Below, piece by piece: positions 61,684 through 64,000 of a DNA stretch of 64,000 nucleotides; positions within the stretch are counted from its first letter, which is position 1; each line of letters starts with the position of its first letter. The position numbers and the translations under genes are program-made. Under the pieces are notes generated by a model. That model was not told the origin of the DNA, ran no database searches, and saw nothing but the letters and a program-made list of their open reading frames with translations. The DNA comes from Hormiphora californensis (taxonomy: Eukaryota > Animalia > Ctenophora), in contig CM035351.1 of the NCBI GenBank assembly GCA_020137815.1, positions 9,548,001-9,612,000 on the forward strand. Direction: 5' to 3'.

Positions 61684-64000
61684 CGAGCGATGATGCGATA
61701 TGGCTAGTGGCAGTTAGGTCATTTAATTTGTTGTAGTATAAAGTTTGTTTCTTCCCATGAATTTGGGTTAGTTTCGTTTTTTTGGGATTGTAGTTTTAGC
61801 AACATTTTGGTGATCCCTTTTTTAAAGGGGTCATAGAATCTATCGCATATGTGCTTCTTTTTATTATTTGTTGTTGCAGTGTCATTGTCGCATAGATCAT
61901 ACAGAAGATTGTAAAGCCTGGGTCCAATATGTGCGATTTGATAATTAGAGCGTGTCAGTCGAAAGTGTGGAGCATTAAATATCTTTTTTGTCTCGTGCCT
62001 GGTTGCGTAGGGTGCTGCCCCCTGTGACTTAAGTTCGAAAAACGCGGATATTTTTGGGGGTGCAACACCGAGGCGTACTTTGTGCAACTGGCCTAAAATT
62101 GACTTAGCGATAAGGTTTGGTAGGGCAAGGAGGGAGCATTCTTCAAAAATGGGCTTGGTATGGCTAGGGAGCTCTCCTGTCGCTTTATCATAGTATATTA
62201 TAGTCTTTCCAGACCCCATAGCTCTAATAGCCTTCTTTTGGGCGGCGAACAAGGAGGCCAATCGGTTTATTGGAATAGTTCCCCATGCCGATGCACAGTA
62301 GATCAGATGCGACTCGACAAAACTACAATATATATTTTTTAGAGGTTTAGGTGGTAGTATTTTCCTTAACTTGTATAAAAGGCCTGCGTTACGCGATATT
62401 TTGGAAGTGAGCGCCATTACGTGTGTACTCCAGTTTAAGTTGGCGTCGATTATGACACCCAGGAATCTGGCCTCCTGTTTAAGCTGAACTAAAGTGTCAT
62501 TTAAGGACACTGCTATTTTAGAGCTCTTTTGTTTTGTGTTGTTATTGAACACGAGGAGGTTTGTTTTCTCTATGTTTAGTTTTAAGCCATTTTTAGAGAC
62601 CCATGCCTGGACAGCTCGGAGTGCACGGTTGCATTTCTGCTCAAGCTCACTGTGGGTTTCAGCTGTGATTAGAAGATTCGAGTCGTCAGCGAAGATAAAA
62701 AACTCAGCGAGGTCGGTTGATAGTGGTAGGTCGTTAATATAAATTAAGAAAAGAGTCGGGCCTAATACTGACCCTTGTGGCACACCATGTGAGATGAGCT
62801 CCTTTTCAGAACAAAGATTGTTTACATGGACGTATTGACTTCTTTCTATTAAGTAAGATCGGAACCAGTCTAAATTTTTCCCTCTAATACCGTAGTGCTC
62901 TAGTTTAGTCAGGAGGATCTCATGATCCACCATATCGAACGCTTTGCTAAAGTCTAATAGAAGTAGAGCTGCTACTTGTTTACGTTCGAGGGCCCTAATT
63001 ATGTTATATTGTGCGTCCAGTATGGCATGCTCGCAGGAGTGAGCGCCCCTGAAGCCATACTGGGAGGCAAAGAGTATGTTGTGAGTTTTTAAATGGCTAA
63101 CGAGTCGAGATTGCATCACTTTCTCATAGAGTTTTGAAAAAGCAGAAAGTAATGAAATTGGACGGTAGTTTTTTATGTCCGATTTAGACCCCCCTTTGTG
63201 CAACGGCACAATTTTTGCTATCTTTAGTTCATTAGGTACTAGTCCTTGTTCCAGTGATTTTGTAATTGCAAAACTTAAAATTCCGGACATTACATGACCT
63301 ACTGATTTCAATGGCTTTATAGATATGTCCGAGGTTGCCTTGTCTTTTAGACCCCTTATTAGGGCTGCTACTTCACTTGCTGGTACAACAGCAGATGGCA
63401 TACTTTCTTGGCAACGGTTGTTGTTTGGAATTGGATTTCCTTGACCAATATGCTCAGCAGCATTCAGCTTTATTTTATTCTTTAATTCTTGAGCAATATT
63501 TTTAAAGTAGTCATTGAACGAATTTGCTATATCACGGTTGTTGCTAAACTTTTGACCTTTGTATTCTAACTTACCAATATTAGCCCTACTTTTCGGTTTG
63601 CGATTTAATAGATCGTTTATCATTGCCCACTGTTTCTTGCTATTCGAGACATGCTCTTCGAAGTATGAGGTGTAAAATTTCTTTTTCGCGATTATGGTGT
63701 GTTTACGGACAAATTTTTTCATCTTTAGGTATTTAACTTCGTTTTCTATAATAGGGTTTTTAATGAATTTTCGGTAAAGAGAGTTTTTACGGGCGCAGGC
63801 GCATTTGAGCCAATCAAGAAGCCAGGGGCATGACTTGCGTCGCGATCTATTTTTACTTGCCTTGCGCTTTAGTAGCGGAAAATGTTTATTGTAAATTTCC
63901 TGATATTTTTCAGATATAGTATGTAGAATATTATCAGCATTTTCTAGATTTAAGATGTAGCTCCAGTCGGTAGATTCTATTTCTTGTCTGAATGTTTCCA
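61345..64000 (-). mobile_element. CR1/L2/Crack-clade non-LTR retrotransposon, 3' part (5' end lies beyond the window)
   Basis: RT ORF followed by a 3' UTR with AATAAA, a small GC stem-loop and a (TTGA)n tail at ~61345-61400. Confidence 0.88.
61719..64000 (-). CDS. LINE ORF2 reverse transcriptase (frame open upstream of the annotated ATG at 63722)
   Basis: NYRPISLL, QYGFR, LDFSKAFD, GVPQGSVLGPTLFLIYIND, FADD, RFLGV; upstream in-frame PWLLDWLK. Confidence 0.93.
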   Translation of the reverse strand, partial: ETFRQEIESTDWSYILNLENADNILHTISEKYQEIYNKHFPLLKRKASKNRSRRKSCPWLLDWLKCACARKNSLYRKFIKNPIIENEVKYLKMKKFVRKHTIIAKKKFYTSYFEEHVSNSKKQWAMINDLLNRKPKSRANIGKLEYKGQKFSNNRDIANSFNDYFKNIAQELKNKIKLNAAEHIGQGNPIPNNNRCQESMPSAVVPASEVAALIRGLKDKATSDISIKPLKSVGHVMSGILSFAITKSLEQGLVPNELKIAKIVPLHKGGSKSDIKNYRPISLLSAFSKLYEKVMQSRLVSHLKTHNILFASQYGFRGAHSCEHAILDAQYNIIRALERKQVAALLLLDFSKAFDMVDHEILLTKLEHYGIRGKNLDWFRSYLIERSQYVHVNNLCSEKELISHGVPQGSVLGPTLFLIYINDLPLSTDLAEFFIFADDSNLLITAETHSELEQKCNRALRAVQAWVSKNGLKLNIEKTNLLVFNNNTKQKSSKIAVSLNDTLVQLKQEARFLGVIIDANLNWSTHVMALTSKISRNAGLLYKLRKILPPKPLKNIYCSFVESHLIYCASAWGTIPINRLASLFAAQKKAIRAMGSGKTIIYYDKATGELPSHTKPIFEECSLLALPNLIAKSILGQLHKVRLGVAPPKISAFFELKSQGAAPYATRHETKKIFNAPHFRLTRSNYQIAHIGPRLYNLLYDLCDNDTATTNNKKKHICDRFYDPFKKGITKMLLKLQSQKNETNPNSWEETNFILQQIK

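Noticed and set aside
1-64000. Prokaryotic systems, rRNA or tRNA genes
   Set aside because: The sequence is clearly eukaryotic with spliceosomal introns; no tRNA or rRNA was recognised by eye (tRNAscan/Infernal not run)

Overview
Gene-dense eukaryotic (metazoan-type) genomic DNA with short GT-AG introns, (AG)n microsatellites and many non-autonomous transposons. The compactness, divergent animal orthologues and nested gene suggest a ctenophore-like early-branching animal (inference). About 20 protein genes are recognisable: a SAND protein, TBCA, coilin, ALDH2, SFSWAP, a UCP carrier, ERCC6/CSB, SMG7, UQCC1, PFDN6, a CREC EF-hand KDEL protein, two SMYDs, TMEM50, ZGPAT, MYBBP1A, RBBP5, an ANKRD11/12-like protein, FIBP and a nested GTPase. 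There is also an apparently intact CR1/L2-type LINE RT. The most striking signal is architectural: most genes lie in four co-directional runs with stop-to-start gaps mostly of 130-430 bp. Nearly every start codon in these runs is preceded within about 1-15 nt by a pyrimidine tract plus AG acceptor, often with a CTAAC branch point, as expected for operons resolved by spliced-leader trans-splicing. Other highlights are an intronless P-loop GTPase with a RING2/Rcat-like Cys motif nested antisense in a FIBP intron, a 3.5-kb TIR element carrying intron-bounded multi-PDZ gene fragments, a 1.3-kb foldback element in an ALDH intron, and MYND-eroded tandem SMYD genes. Many frameshifts in conserved genes probably reflect assembly indel errors. 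Exon coordinates were read by eye and may be off by a few bases.
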